DNA of 64,000 bases from Auanema rhodensis (lineage: Eukaryota; Animalia; Nematoda). Positions 43,601 to 58,600 of this stretch are shown here, one piece after another; position 1 is the first letter of the stretch; every line of letters begins with the position of its first letter. The notes beneath the pieces are model-generated. The model did no database searches. It had not been told where the DNA came from and worked only from the letters and a program-made list of their open reading frames with translations. The translations under genes were made by a program, and so were the position numbers. Where the stretch lies: contig OZ059895.1 of NCBI GenBank assembly GCA_964057225.1, forward strand, positions 10,912,001 to 10,976,000, written 5' to 3'.

Positions 43601-46600
43601 AACAGTAAAGTTAAGATGAAGGTTCATTAACTACTGGTTTATGACTGTAATATAGAAATAAGATTGAAGATAATTTGCTGCCTCCGGTTGAGCTATCTAA
43701 GTAAATCTACTTGAAAAGTGAAAAAATTTGTTACGGAAGAGATAAAATTGAAAATCAGCTGCATGTCGTACTTTCAACGTGGTATAGTTGAAAGCGAAAA
43801 TATCTGGTATTCAATGATTTACATACTTATCCTCGTTATAGTTTTTTTTCCAATTTCCTGTTAGTTATGTAATTTTCGACGTTCCATCTGGATCCCTCGA
43901 TGATAGCAATTCTTATAAGCTCCAAATACAATAAATTAAAAAAGGTTTCACAGTAGTATAGTGTTTAAACAATGTTTGTTTTGATAGGAAATAGATAGAA
44001 ACAGTAAAGTTAAGATGAAGGTTCATTAACTACTGGTTTATGACTGTAATATAGAAATAAGATTGAAGATAATTTGCTGCCTCCGGTTGCGCTATCTAAG
44101 TAAAACTACTTGACAATCGGAAACATTTGTTACAGAAGAGATAAAATTGAAAATCAGCTGCATGGCGTACTTTGAACGTGGTATAGTTGTAAGCGAAAAT
44201 ATCTGATATTCAATGATTTACATACTTATCCTCGTCATAGTTTTTTTCCAATTTCATGTTAGTTATGTAACTTTCCACGTTCCATCTGGTTCCCTCGATG
44301 ATATCAAAGCTTATGTGCTCCAAATACAATGAATCAAAAAAGGGTTTCACAGTTGTATAGTGTTTAAACAATGTTTGTTTCGATAGGAAATAGATAAAAA
44401 CAGTAAAGTTAAGATGAAGGTTCATTAACTACTGGTTTATGACTGTAATATAGAAATAAGATTGAAGATAATTTGCTGCCTCCGGTTGAGCTATCTAAGT
44501 AAATCTACTTGAAAAGTGAAAACATTTGTTACAGAAGAGATAAAATTGAAAATCAGCTGCATGGCGTATTTTCAACGTGGTATAGTTGTAAGCAAAAATA
44601 TCTGATATTCAATGATTTACATACTTATCCTCGTTATAGTCTTTTTCCAATTTCATGTTAGTTATGTAATTTTCCACGTTCCATCTGGTTCCCTTGATGA
44701 TATCAAATCTTATGTGCTCCAAAAACAATAAATTAAAAAAGGTTTCACAGTTGTATAGTGTTTTAACAATGTTTGTTTTGATAGGAAGTAGATAGAAACA
44801 GTGAAGTTAAAAAGAAGGTTCATTAACTACTGGTTTATAACTGTATTATAGCAATAAGATTGAATATAATTTGCTGCTTTGGGTTGAGCTATCTAAGTGA
44901 GACTACTTGAAAATTGAAAACATTTGTTACGGAAGAGATGAAATTGAAAATCAGCTGCATGGCGTTCTTTCAAAGTGGTGTAGTTGAAAGCGAAAATATC
45001 TGATATTCAATGATTTACATACTTATCCTCGTTATAGTATTTTTCCAATTTCATGTTAGTTATGTAACTTTCCACATGCCATCTGGTTCCCTCGATGATA
45101 TCAAAGCTTATGTGCTCCAAATACAATAAATCAAAAAAGGGTTTCACAGTAGTATAGTGTTTAAACAATGTTTGTTTTGATAGGAAATAGATAGAAACAG
45201 TAAAGTTAAGATGAAGGTTCATTAACTACTGGTTTATGACTGTAATATAGAAATAAGATTGAAGATAATTTGCTGCCTCCGGTTGAGCTATCTAAGTAAA
45301 TCTACTTGAAAAGTGAAAAAATTTGTTACGGAAGAGATAAAATTGAAAATCAGCTGCATGTCGTACTTTCAACGTGGTATAGTTGAAAGCGAAAATATCT
45401 GATTTTCAATGATTTACATACTTATCCTCGTTATAGTTTTGTTCCAATTTCATGTTAGTTATGTAACTTTCCACGTTCCATCTGGTTCCCTCGATGATAT
45501 CAAAGCTTATGTGCTCCAAATACAATAAATCAAAAAAGGGTTTCACAGTTGTATAGTGTTTAAACAATGTTTGTTTCGATAGGAAATAGATAAAAACAGT
45601 AAAGTTAAGATGAAGGTTTATTAACTACTGGTTTATGACTGTAATATAGAAATAAGATTGAAGATAATTTGCTGCCTCCGGTTGAGCTATCTAAGTAAAT
45701 CTACTTGAAAAGTGAAAACATTTGTTACAGAAGAGATAAAATTGAAAATCAGCTGCATGGCGTATTTTCAACGTGGTATAGTTGTAAGCAAAAATATCTG
45801 ATATTCAATGATTTACATACTTATCCTCGTTATAGTTTTTTTCCAATTTCATGTTAGTTATGTAATTTTCCAAGTTCCATCTGGTTCCCTTGATGATATC
45901 AAATCTTATGTGTTCCAAATACAATAAATTGAAAAAGGTTTCAAAGTTGTATAGTGTTTAAACAATGTTTGTTTCGATAGGAAAAAGATAGAAACAGTAA
46001 AGTTAAGATGAAGGTTCATTGACTACTGGTTTATAACTGTATTATAGAAATAAGATTAAAGATAATTTGCTGCCTTGGGTTGAGCTACCTAAGTAAAACT
46101 ACTTGAAAATCGGAAACATTTGTTACAGAAGAGATAAAATTGAAAATCAGCTGCATGGCGTGCTTTCAACGTGGAATAGTTGTAAGCGAAAATATCTGAT
46201 ATTCAATGATTAACATACGTATCCTCGTTATAGTTTTTTTTCCAATTTCATGTTAGTTATGTAATTTTCCACGTGCCATCTGGTTTCCTCGATGATATCA
46301 AAGCTTATGTGCTCCAAATACAATAAATCAAAAAAGGGTTTCACAGTAGTATAGTGTTTAAACAATGTTTGTTTTGATAGGAAATATATAGAAACAGTAA
46401 AGTTAAGATGAAGGTTCATTAACTACTGGTTTATGACTGTAATATAGAAATAAGATTGAAGATAATTTGCTGCCTCCGGTTGAGCTATCTAAGTAAATCT
46501 ACTTGAAAAGTGAAAAAATTTGTTACGGAAGAGATAAAATTGAAAATCAGCTGCATGTCGTACTTTCAACGTGGTATAGTTGAAAGCGAAAATATCTGGT

Positions 46601-49600
46601 ATTCAATGATTTACATACTTATCCTCGTTATAGTTTTTTTTCCAATTTCCTGTTAGTTATGTAATTTTCGACGTTCCATCTGGATCCCTCGATGATAGCA
46701 ATTCTTATAAGCTCCAAATACAATAAATTAAAAAAGGTTTCACAGTAGTATAGTGTTTAAACAATGTTTGTTTCGATAGGAAAAAGATAGAAACAGTAAA
46801 GTTAAGATGAAGGTTCATTGACTACTGGTTTATAACTGTAATATAGAAAAAAGATTGAAGATAACTTGCTGCCTTGGTTTGAGCTATCTAAGTGAAACGA
46901 CTTGAAAAGTGAAAACATTTGTTACGGAAGAGATAAAATTGAAAATCAGCTGCATGGCGTACTTTCAACGTGGTATAGTTGTGAGCAAAAATATCTGATA
47001 TTCAATGATTTACATACTTATCCTCGTTATAGTTTTTTTCCAATTTCATGTTAGTTATGTAATTTTCCACGTTCCATCTGGTTCCCTTGATGATATCAAA
47101 TCTTATTGCTCCAAATACAACAAATTAAAAAAGGTTTCACAGTTGTATAGTGTTCAAACAATGTTTGTTTTGATAGGAAGTAGATAGAAACAGTGAAGTT
47201 AAAAAGAAGGTTCATTAACTACTGGTTTATAACTGTATTATAGCAATAAGATTGAATATAATTTGCTGCTTTGGGTTGAGCTATCTAAGTAAATCTACTT
47301 GAAAAGTGAAAACATTTGTTACAGAAGAGATAAAATTGAAAATCAGCTGCATGGCGTACTTTCAACGTGGTATAGTTGTAAGCAAAAATATCTGATATTC
47401 AATGATTTACATACTTATCCTCGTTATAGTTTTTTTCCAATTTCCTGTTAGTTATGTAATTTTCGACGTTTCATCTGGATCCCTCGATGATAGCAATTCT
47501 TATAAGCTCCAAATACAATAAATAAAAAAAGGGTTTCACAGTTGTATAGTGTTTAAACAATGTTTGTTTCGATAGGAAATAGATAAAAACAGTAAAGTTA
47601 AGATGAAGGTTCATTAACTACTGGTTTATGACTGTAATATAGAAATAAGATTGAAGATAATTTGCTGCCTCCGGTTGAGCTATCTAAGTAAATCTACTTG
47701 AAAAGTGAAAACATTTGTTACGGAAGAGATAAAATTGAAAATCAGCTGCATGACATACTTTCAACGTGGTATAGTTGAGAGCGAAAATATCTGATTTTCA
47801 ATGATTTACATACTTATCCTCGTTATAGTTTTCTTCCAATTTCATGTTAGTTATGTAACTTTCCACGTTCCATCTCGTTTCCTCGATGATATCAAAGCTT
47901 ATGTGCTCCAAATACAATAAATAAAAAAAGGGTTTCACAGTTGTATAGTGTTTAAACAATGTTTGTTTCGATAGGAAATAGATAAAAACAGTAAAGTTAA
48001 GATGAAGGTTCATTAACTACTGGTTTATGACTGTAATATAGAAATAAGATTGAAGATAATTTGCTGCCTCCGGTTGAGCTATCTAAGTAAATCTACTTGA
48101 AAAGTGAAAACATTTGTTACGGAAGAGATAAAATTGAAAATCAGCTGCATGACGTACTTTCAACGTGGTATAGTTGTAAGCGAAAATATCTGATATTCAA
48201 TGATTAACATACTTATCCTCGTTATAGTTTTTTTTCCAATTTCATGTTAGTTAAGTAATTTTCCACGTTGCATCTGGTTCCCTCGATGATATCAAATCTT
48301 ATGTGCTCCAAATACAATAAATTGAAAAAGGTTTCACAGTTGTATAGTGTCTAAACAATGTTTGTTTCGATAGGAAATAGATAGAAACAGTAAAGTTAAA
48401 ATGAAGGTTCATTAACTACTGGTTTATAACTGTAATGTAGAAATAAGATTAAAGATAATTTGCTGCCTTGGGTTGAGCTACCTAAGTAAAACTACTTGAA
48501 AATCGGAAACATTTGTTACAGAAGAGATAAAATTGAAAATCAGCTGCATGGCGTGCTTTCAACGTGGTATAGTTGTAAGCGAAAATATCTGATATTCAAT
48601 GATTAACATACTTATCCTCGTTATAGTTTTTTTTCCAATTTCATGTTAGTTATGTAATTTTCCACTTGCCATCTGGTTCCCTCGATGATATCAAAGCTTA
48701 TGTGCTCCAAATACAATAAATCAAAAAAGGGTTTCACAGTAGTATAGTGTTTAAACAATGTTTGTTTCGATAGGAAATAGATAAAAACAGTAAAGTTAAG
48801 ATGAAGGTTCATTAACTACTGGTTTATGACTGTAATATAGAAATAAGATTGAAGATAATTTGCGCCCTCCGGTTGAGCTATCTAAGTAAATCTACTTGAA
48901 AAGTGAAAACATTTGTTACAGAAGAGATAAAATTGAAAATCAGCTGCATGGCGTACTTTCAACGTGGTATAGTTGTAAGCAAAAATATCTGATATTCAAT
49001 GATTTACATACTTATCCTCGTTATAGTTTTTTTCCAATTTCATGTTAGTTATGTAATTTTCCAAGTTCCATCTGGTTCCCTTGATGATATCAAATCTTAT
49101 GTGCTCCAAATACAATAATTTAAACAAGGTTACAAAGTTGTATAGTGTTTAAACAATGTTTGTTTCGATAGGAAAAAGATAGAAACAGTAAAGTTAAGAT
49201 GAAGGTTCATTAACTACTGGTTTATAACTGTAATATAGAAAAAAGATTGAAGATAACTTGCTGCCTTGGTTTGAGCTATCTAAGTGAAACGACTTGAAAA
49301 GTGAAAACATTTATTACGGAAGAGATAAAATTGAAAATCAGCTGCATGGCGTACTTTCAACGTGGTATAGTTGTAAGCAAAAATATCTGATATTCAATGA
49401 TTTACATACTTATCCTCGTTATAGTTTTTTTCCAATTTCATGTTAGTTATGTAATTTTCCAAGTTCCATCTGGTTCCCTTGATGATATCAAATCTTATGT
49501 GTTCCAAATACAATAAATTGAAAAAGGTTTCAAAGTTGTATAGTGTTTAAACAATGTTTGTTTCGATAGGAAAAAGATAGAAACAGTAAAGTTAAGATGA

Positions 49601-52600
49601 AGGTTCATTGACTACTGGTTTATAACTGTATTATAGAAATAAGATTAAAGATAATTTGCTGCCTTGGGTTGAGCTACCTAAGTAAAACTACTTGAAAATC
49701 GGAAACATTTGTTACAGAAGAGATAAAATTGAAAATCAGCTGCATGGCGTGCTTTCAACGTGGAATAGTTGTAAGCGAAAATATCTGATATTCAATGATT
49801 AACATACGTATCCTCGTTATAGTTTTTTTTCCAATTTCATGTTAGTTATGTAATTTTCCACGTGCCATCTGGTTTCCTCGATGATATCAAAGCTTATGTG
49901 CTCCAAATACAATAAATCAAAAAAGGGTTTCACAGTAGTATAGTGTTTAAACAATGTTTGTTTTGATAGGAAATATATAGAAACAGTAAAGTTAAGATGA
50001 AGGTTCATTAACTACTGGTTTATGACTGTAATATAGAAATAAGATTGAAGATAATTTGCTGCCTCCGGTTGAGCTATCTAAGTAAATCTACTTGAAAAGT
50101 GAAAAAATTTGTTACGGAAGAGATAAAATTGAAAATCAGCTGCATGTCGTACTTTCAACGTGGTATAGTTGAAAGCGAAAATATCTGGTATTCAATGATT
50201 TACATACTTATCCTCGTTATAGTTTTTTTTCCAATTTCCTGTTAGTTATGTAATTTTCGACGTTCCATCTGGATCCCTCGATGATAGCAATTCTTATAAG
50301 CTCCAAATACAATAAATTAAAAAAGGTTTCACAGTAGTATAGTGTTTAAACAATGTTTGTTTCGATAGGAAAAAGATAGAAACAGTAAAGTTAAGATGAA
50401 GGTTCATTGACTACTGGTTTATAACTGTAATATAGAAAAAAGATTGAAGATAACTTGCTGCCTTGGTTTGAGCTATCTAAGTGAAACGACTTGAAAAGTG
50501 AAAACATTTGTTACGGAAGAGATAAAATTGAAAATCAGCTGCATGGCGTACTTTCAACGTGGTATAGTTGTGAGCAAAAATATCTGATATTCAATGATTT
50601 ACATACTTATCCTCGTTATAGTTTTTTTCCAATTTCATGTTAGTTATGTAATTTTCCACGTTCCATCTGGTTCCCTTGATGATATCAAATCTTATTGCTC
50701 CAAATACAACAAATTAAAAAAGGTTTCACAGTTGTATAGTGTTCAAACAATGTTTGTTTTGATAGGAAGTAGATAGAAACAGTGAAGTTAAAAAGAAGGT
50801 TCATTAACTACTGGTTTATAACTGTATTATAGCAATAAGATTGAATATAATTTGCTGCTTTGGGTTGAGCTATCTAAGTAAATCTACTTGAAAAGTGAAA
50901 ACATTTGTTACAGAAGAGATAAAATTGAAAATCAGCTGCATGGCGTACTTTCAACGTGGTATAGTTGTAAGCAAAAATATCTGATATTCAATGATTTACA
51001 TACTTATCCTCGTTATAGTTTTTTTTCCAATTTCCTGTTAGTTATGTAATTTTCGACGTTTCATCTGGATCCCTCGATGATAGCAATTCTTATAAGCTCC
51101 AAATACAATAAATTGAAAAAGGTTTCAAAGTTGTATAGTGTTTAAACAATGTTTGTTTCGATAGGAAAAAGATAGAAACAGTAAAGTTAAGATGAAGGTT
51201 CATTGACTACTGGTTTATAACTGTATTATAGCAATAAGATTGAATATAATTTGCTGCTTTGGGTTGAGCTATCTAAGTGAAACTACTTGAAAAGTGAAAA
51301 AATTTGTTACGGAAGAGATAAAATTGAAAATCAGCTGCATGACATACTTTCAACGTGGTATAGTTGAGAGCGAAAATATCTGATTTTCAATGATTTACAT
51401 ACTTATCCTCGTTATAGTTTTTTTCCAATTTCATGTTAGTTATGTAACTTTCCACGTTCCATCTGGTTCCCTCGATGATATTAAAGCTTATGTGCTCCAA
51501 ATACAATAAATCAAAAAAGGGTTTCACAGTTGTATAGTGTTTAAACAATGTTTGTTTCGATAGGAAATAGATAAAAACAGTAAAGTTAAGATGAAGGTTT
51601 ATTAACTACTGGTTTATGACTGTAATATAGAAATAAGATTGAAGATAATTTGCTGCCTCCGGTTGAGCTATCTAAGTAAATCTACTTGAAAAGTGAAAAC
51701 ATTTGTTACGGAAGAGATAAAATTGAAAATCAGCTGCATGTCGTACTTTCAACGTGGTATAGTTGAAAGCGAAAATATCTGATTTTCAATGATTTACATA
51801 CTTATCCTCGTTATAGTTTTTTTCCAATTTCATGTTAGTTATGTAATTTTCCAAGTTCCATCTGGTTCCCTTGATGATATCAAATCTTATGTGTTCCAAA
51901 TACAATAAATTGAAAAAGGTTTCAAAGTTGTATAGTGTTTAAACAATGTTTGTTTCGATAGGAAAAAGATAGAAACAGTAAAGTTAAGATGAAGGTTCAT
52001 TGACTACTGGTTTATAACTGTATTATAGAAATAAGATTAAAGATAATTTGCTGCCTTGGGTTGAGCTACCTAAGTAAAACTACTTGAAAATCGGAAACAT
52101 TTGTTACAGAAGAGATAAAATTGAAAATCAGCTGCATGGCGTGCTTTCAACGTGGAATAGTTGTAAGCGAAAATATCTGATATTCAATGATTAACATACG
52201 TATCCTCGTTATAGTTTTTTTTCCAATTTCATGTTAGTTATGTAATTTTCCACGTGCCATCTGGTTTCCTCGATGATATCAAAGCTTATGTGCTCCAAAT
52301 ACAATAAATCAAAAAAGGGTTTCACAGTAGTATAGTGTTTAAACAATGTTTGTTTTGATAGGAAATATATAGAAACAGTAAAGTTAAGATGAAGGTTCAT
52401 TAACTACTGGTTTATGACTGTAATATAGAAATAAGATTGAAGATAATTTGCTGCCTCCGGTTGAGCTATCTAAGTAAATCTACTTGAAAAGTGAAAAAAT
52501 TTGTTACGGAAGAGATAAAATTGAAAATCAGCTGCATGTCGTACTTTCAACGTGGTATAGTTGAAAGCGAAAATATCTGGTATTCAATGATTTACATACT

Positions 52601-55600
52601 TATCCTCGTTATAGTTTTTTTTCCAATTTCCTGTTAGTTATGTAATTTTCGACGTTCCATCTGGATCCCTCGATGATAGCAATTCTTATAAGCTCCAAAT
52701 ACAATAAATTAAAAAAGGTTTCACAGTAGTATAGTGTTTAAACAATGTTTGTTTTGATAGGAAATAGATAGAAACAGTAAAGTTAAGATGAAGGTTCATT
52801 AACTACTGGTTTATGACTGTAATATAGAAATAAGATTGAAGATAATTTGCTGCCTCCGGTTGCGCTATCTAAGTAAAACTACTTGACAATCGGAAACATT
52901 TGTTACAGAAGAGATAAAATTGAAAATCAGCTGCATGGCGTACTTTGAACGTGGTATAGTTGTAAGCGAAAATATCTGATATTCAATGATTTACATACTT
53001 ATCCTCGTCATAGTTTTTTTCCAATTTCATGTTAGTTATGTAACTTTCCACGTTTCATCTGGTTCCCTCGATGATATCAAAGCTTATGTGCTCCAAATAC
53101 AATGAATCAAAAAAGGGTTTCACAGTTGTATAGTGTTTAAACAATGTTTGTTTCGATAGGAAATAGATAAAAACAGTAAAGTTAAGATGAAGGTTCATTA
53201 ACTACTGGTTTATGACTGTAATATAGAAATAAGATTGAAGATAATTTGCTGCCTCCGGTTGAGCTATCTAAGTAAATCTACTTGAAAAGTGAAAACATTT
53301 GTTACAGAAGAGATAAAATTGAAAATCAGCTGCATGGCGTATTTTCAACGTGGTATAGTTGTAAGCAAAAATATCTGATATTCAATGATTTACATACTTA
53401 TCCTCGTTATAGTCTTTTTCCAATTTCATGTTAGTTATGTAATTTTCCAAGTTCCATTTGGTTCCCTTGATGATATCAAATCTTATGTGTTCCAAATACA
53501 ATAAATTGAAAAAGGTTTCAAAGTTGTATAGTGTTTAAACAATGTTTGTTTCGATAGGAAAAAGATAGAAACAGTAAAGTTAAGATGAAGGTTCATTGAC
53601 TACTGGTTTATAACTGTAATATAGAAAAAAGATTGAAGATAACTTGCTGCCTTGGTTTGAGCTATCTAAGTGAAACGACTTGAAAAGTGAAAACATTTGT
53701 TACGGAAGAGATAAAATTGAAAATCAGCTGCATGGCGTACTTTCAACGTGGTATAGTTGTAAGCGAAAATATCTGGTATTCAATGATTTACATACTTATC
53801 CTCGTTATAGTTTTTTTTCCAATTTCCTGTTAGTTATGTAATTTTCGACGTTTCATCTGGATCCCTCGATGATAGCAATTCTTATAAGCTCCAAATACAA
53901 TAAATTAAAAAAGGTTTCACAGTTGTATAGTGTTTAAACAATGTTTGTTTCGATAGGGAATAGATACAAACAGTAAAGTTAAAATGAAGGTTCATTAACT
54001 ACTGGTTTATAACTGTAATATAGAAATAAGATTGAAGATAATTTGCTTCCTTGGGTTGAGCTATCTAAGTAAAACTACTTAAAAAGTGAAAACAATTGTT
54101 ACGGAAGAGATAAAATTGAAAATCAGCTGCATGGCGTACTTTGAACGTGGTATAGTTGTAAGCGAAAATATCTGATATTCAATGATTTACATACTTATCC
54201 TCGTTATAGTTTTTTTCCAATTTCATGTTAGTTATGTAATTTTCCACGTTCCATCTGGTTCCCTTGATGATATCAAATCTTATGTGCTCCAAAAATAATA
54301 AATTAAAAAAGGTTTCACAGTTGTATAGTGTTTTAACAATGTTTGTTTTGATAGGAAGTAGATAGAAACAGTGAAGTTAAAAAGAAGGTTCATTAACTAC
54401 TGGTTTATAACTGTATTATAGCAATAAGATTGAAGATAACTTGCTGCCTTGGTTTGAGCTATCTAAGTGAAACGACTTGAAAAGTGAAAACATTTGTTAC
54501 GGAAGAGATAAAATTGAAAATCAGCTGCATGGCGTACTTTCAACGTGGTATAGTTGTAAGCGAAAATATCTGGTATTCAATGATTTACATACTTATCCTC
54601 GTTATAGTATTTTTCCAATTTCATGTTAGTTATGTAACTTTCCACATGCCATCTGGTTCCCTCGATGATATCAAAGCTTATGTGCTCCAAATACAATAAA
54701 TCAAAAAAGGGTTTCACAGTAGTATAGTGTTTAAACAATGTTTGTTTTGATAGGAAATAGATAGAAACAGTAAAGTTAAGATGAAGGTTCATTAACTACT
54801 GGTTTATGACTGTAATATAGAAATAAGATTGAAGATAATTTGCTTCCTTGGGTTGAGCTATCTAAGTAAAACTACTTAAAAAGTGAAAACAATTGTTACG
54901 GAAGAGATAAAATTGAAAATCAGCTGCATGGCGTACTTTGAACGTGGTATAGTTGTAAGCGAAAATATCTGATATTCAATGATTTACATACTTATCCTCG
55001 TTATAGTTTTTTTCCAATTTCATGTTAGTTATGTAATTTTCCACGTTCCATCTGGTTCCCTTGATGATATCAAATCTTATGTGCTCCAAAAATAATAAAT
55101 TGAAAAAGGTTTCAAAGTTGTATAGTGTTTAAACAATGTTTGTTTCGATAGGAAAAAGATAGAAACAGTAAAGTTAAGATGAAGGTTCATTGACTACTGG
55201 TTTATAACTGTAATATAGAAAAAAGATTGAAGATAACTTGCTGCCTTGGTTTGAGCTATCTAAGTGAAACGACTTGAAAAGTGAAAACATTTGTTACGGA
55301 AGAGATAAAATTGAAAATCAGCTGCATGGCGTACTTTCAACGTGGTATAGTTGTAAGCGAAAATATCTGGTATTCAATGATTTACATACTTATCCTCGTT
55401 ATAGTATTTTTCCAATTTCATGTTAGTTATGTAACTTTCCACATGCCATCTGGTTCCCTCGATGATATCAAAGCTTATGTGCTCCAAATACAATAAATCA
55501 AAAAAGGGTTTCACAGTAGTATAGTGTTTAAACAATGTTTGTTTTGATAGGAAATAGATAGAAACAGTAAAGTTAAGATGAAGGTTCATTAACTACTGGT

Positions 55601-58600
55601 TTATGACTGTAATATAGAAATAAGATTGAAGATAATTTGCTGCCTCCGGTTGAGCTATCTAAGTAAATCTACTTGAAAAGTGAAAAAATTTCTTACGGAA
55701 GAGATAAAATTGAAAATCAGCTGCATGTCGTACTTTCAACGTGGTATAGTTGAAAGCGAAAATATCTGATTTTCAATGATTTACATACTTATCCTCGTTA
55801 TAGTTTTTTTCCAATTTCATGTTAGTTATGTAACTTTCCACGTTCCATCTGGTTCCCTCGATGATATCAAAGCTTATGTGCTCCAAATACAATAAATCAA
55901 AAAAGGGTTTCACAGTTGTATAGTGTTTAAACAATGTTTGTTTCGATAGGAAATAGATAAAAACAGTAAAGTTAAGATGAAGGTTTATTAACTACTGGTT
56001 TATGACTGTAATATAGAAATAAGATTGAAGATAATTTGCTGCCTCCGGTTGAGCTATCTAAGTAAATCTACTTGAAAAGTGAAAACATTTGTTACAGAAG
56101 AGATAAAATTGAAAATCAGCTGCATGGCGTATTTTCAACGTGGTATAGTTGTAAGCAAAAATATCTGATATTCAATGATTTACATACTTATCCTCGTTAT
56201 AGTTTTTTTCCAATTTCATGTTAGTTATGTAATTTTCCAAGTTCCATCTGGTTCCCTTGATGATATCAAATCTTATGTGTTCCAAATACAATAAATTGAA
56301 AAAGGTTTCAAAGTTGTATAGTGTTTAAACAATGTTTGTTTCGATAGGAAAAAGATAGAAACAGTAAAGTTAAGATGAAGGTTCATTGACTACTGGTTTA
56401 TAACTGTATTATAGAAATAAGATTAAAGATAATTTGCTGCCTTGGGTTGAGCTACCTAAGTAAAACTACTTGAAAATCGGAAACATTTGTTACAGAAGAG
56501 ATAAAATTGAAAATCAGCTGCATGGCGTGCTTTCAACGTGGAATAGTTGTAAGCGAAAATATCTGATATTCAATGATTAACATACGTATCCTCGTTATAG
56601 TTTTTTTTCCAATTTCATGTTAGTTATGTAATTTTCCACGTGCCATCTGGTTTCCTCGATGATATCAAAGCTTATGTGCTCCAAATACAATAAATCAAAA
56701 AAGGGTTTCACAGTAGTATAGTGTTTAAACAATGTTTGTTTTGATAGGAAATATATAGAAACAGTAAAGTTAAGATGAAGGTTCATTAACTACTGGTTTA
56801 TGACTGTAATATAGAAATAAGATTGAAGATAATTTGCTGCCTCCGGTTGAGCTATCTAAGTAAATCTACTTGAAAAGTGAAAAAATTTGTTACGGAAGAG
56901 ATAAAATTGAAAATCAGCTGCATGTCGTACTTTCAACGTGGTATAGTTGAAAGCGAAAATATCTGGTATTCAATGATTTACATACTTATCCTCGTTATAG
57001 TTTTTTTTCCAATTTCCTGTTAGTTATGTAATTTTCGACGTTCCATCTGGATCCCTCGATGATAGCAATTCTTATAAGCTCCAAATACAATAAATTAAAA
57101 AAGGTTTCACAGTAGTATAGTGTTTAAACAATGTTTGTTTCGATAGGAAAAAGATAGAAACAGTAAAGTTAAGATGAAGGTTCATTGACTACTGGTTTAT
57201 AACTGTAATATAGAAAAAAGATTGAAGATAACTTGCTGCCTTGGTTTGAGCTATCTAAGTGAAACGACTTGAAAAGTGAAAACATTTGTTACGGAAGAGA
57301 TAAAATTGAAAATCAGCTGCATGGCGTACTTTCAACGTGGTATAGTTGTGAGCAAAAATATCTGATATTCAATGATTTACATACTTATCCTCGTTATAGT
57401 TTTTTTCCAATTTCATGTTAGTTATGTAATTTTCCACGTTCCATCTGGTTCCCTTGATGATATCAAATCTTATTGCTCCAAATACAACAAATTAAAAAAG
57501 GTTTCACAGTTGTATAGTGTTCAAACAATGTTTGTTTTGATAGGAAGTAGATAGAAACAGTGAAGTTAAAAAGAAGGTTCATTAACTACTGGTTTATAAC
57601 TGTATTATAGCAATAAGATTGAATATAATTTGCTGCTTTGGGTTGAGCTATCTAAGTAAATCTACTTGAAAAGTGAAAACATTTGTTACAGAAGAGATAA
57701 AATTGAAAATCAGCTGCATGGCGTACTTTCAACGTGGTATAGTTGTAAGCAAAAATATCTGATATTCAATGATTTACATACTTATCCTCGTTATAGTTTT
57801 TTTCCAATTTCCTGTTAGTTATGTAATTTTCGACGTTTCATCTGGATCCCTCGATGATAGCAATTCTTATAAGCTCCAAATACAATAAATTGAAAAAGGT
57901 TTCAAAGTTGTATAGTGTTTAAACAATGTTTGTTTCGATAGGAAAAAGATAGAAACAGTAAAGTTAAGATGAAGGTTCATTGACTACTGGTTTATAACTG
58001 TATTATAGCAATAAGATTGAATATAATTTGCTGCTTTGGGTTGAGCTATCTAAGTGAAACTACTTGAAAAGTGAAAAAATTTGTTACGGAAGAGATAAAA
58101 TTGAAAATCAGCTGCATGACATACTTTCAACGTGGTATAGTTGAGAGCGAAAATATCTGGTATTCAATGATTTACATACTTATCCTCGTTATAGTTTTTT
58201 TTCCAATTTCCTGTTAGTTATGTAATTTTCGACGTTTCATCTGGATCCCTCGATGATAGCAATTCTTATAAGCTCCAAATACAATAAATTAAAAAAGGTT
58301 TCACAGTTGTATAGTGTTTAAACAATGTTTGTTTCGATAGGGAATAGATACAAACAGTAAAGTTAAAATGAAGGTTCATTAACTACTGGTTTATAACTGT
58401 AATATAGAAATAAGATTGAAGATAATTTGCTTCCTTGGGTTGAGCTATCTAAGTAAAACTACTTAAAAAGTGAAAACAATTGTTACGGAAGAGATAAAAT
58501 TGAAAATCAGCTGCATGGCGTACTTTGAACGTGGTATAGTTGTAAGCGAAAATATCTGATATTCAATGATTTACATACTTATCCTCGTTATAGTTTTTTT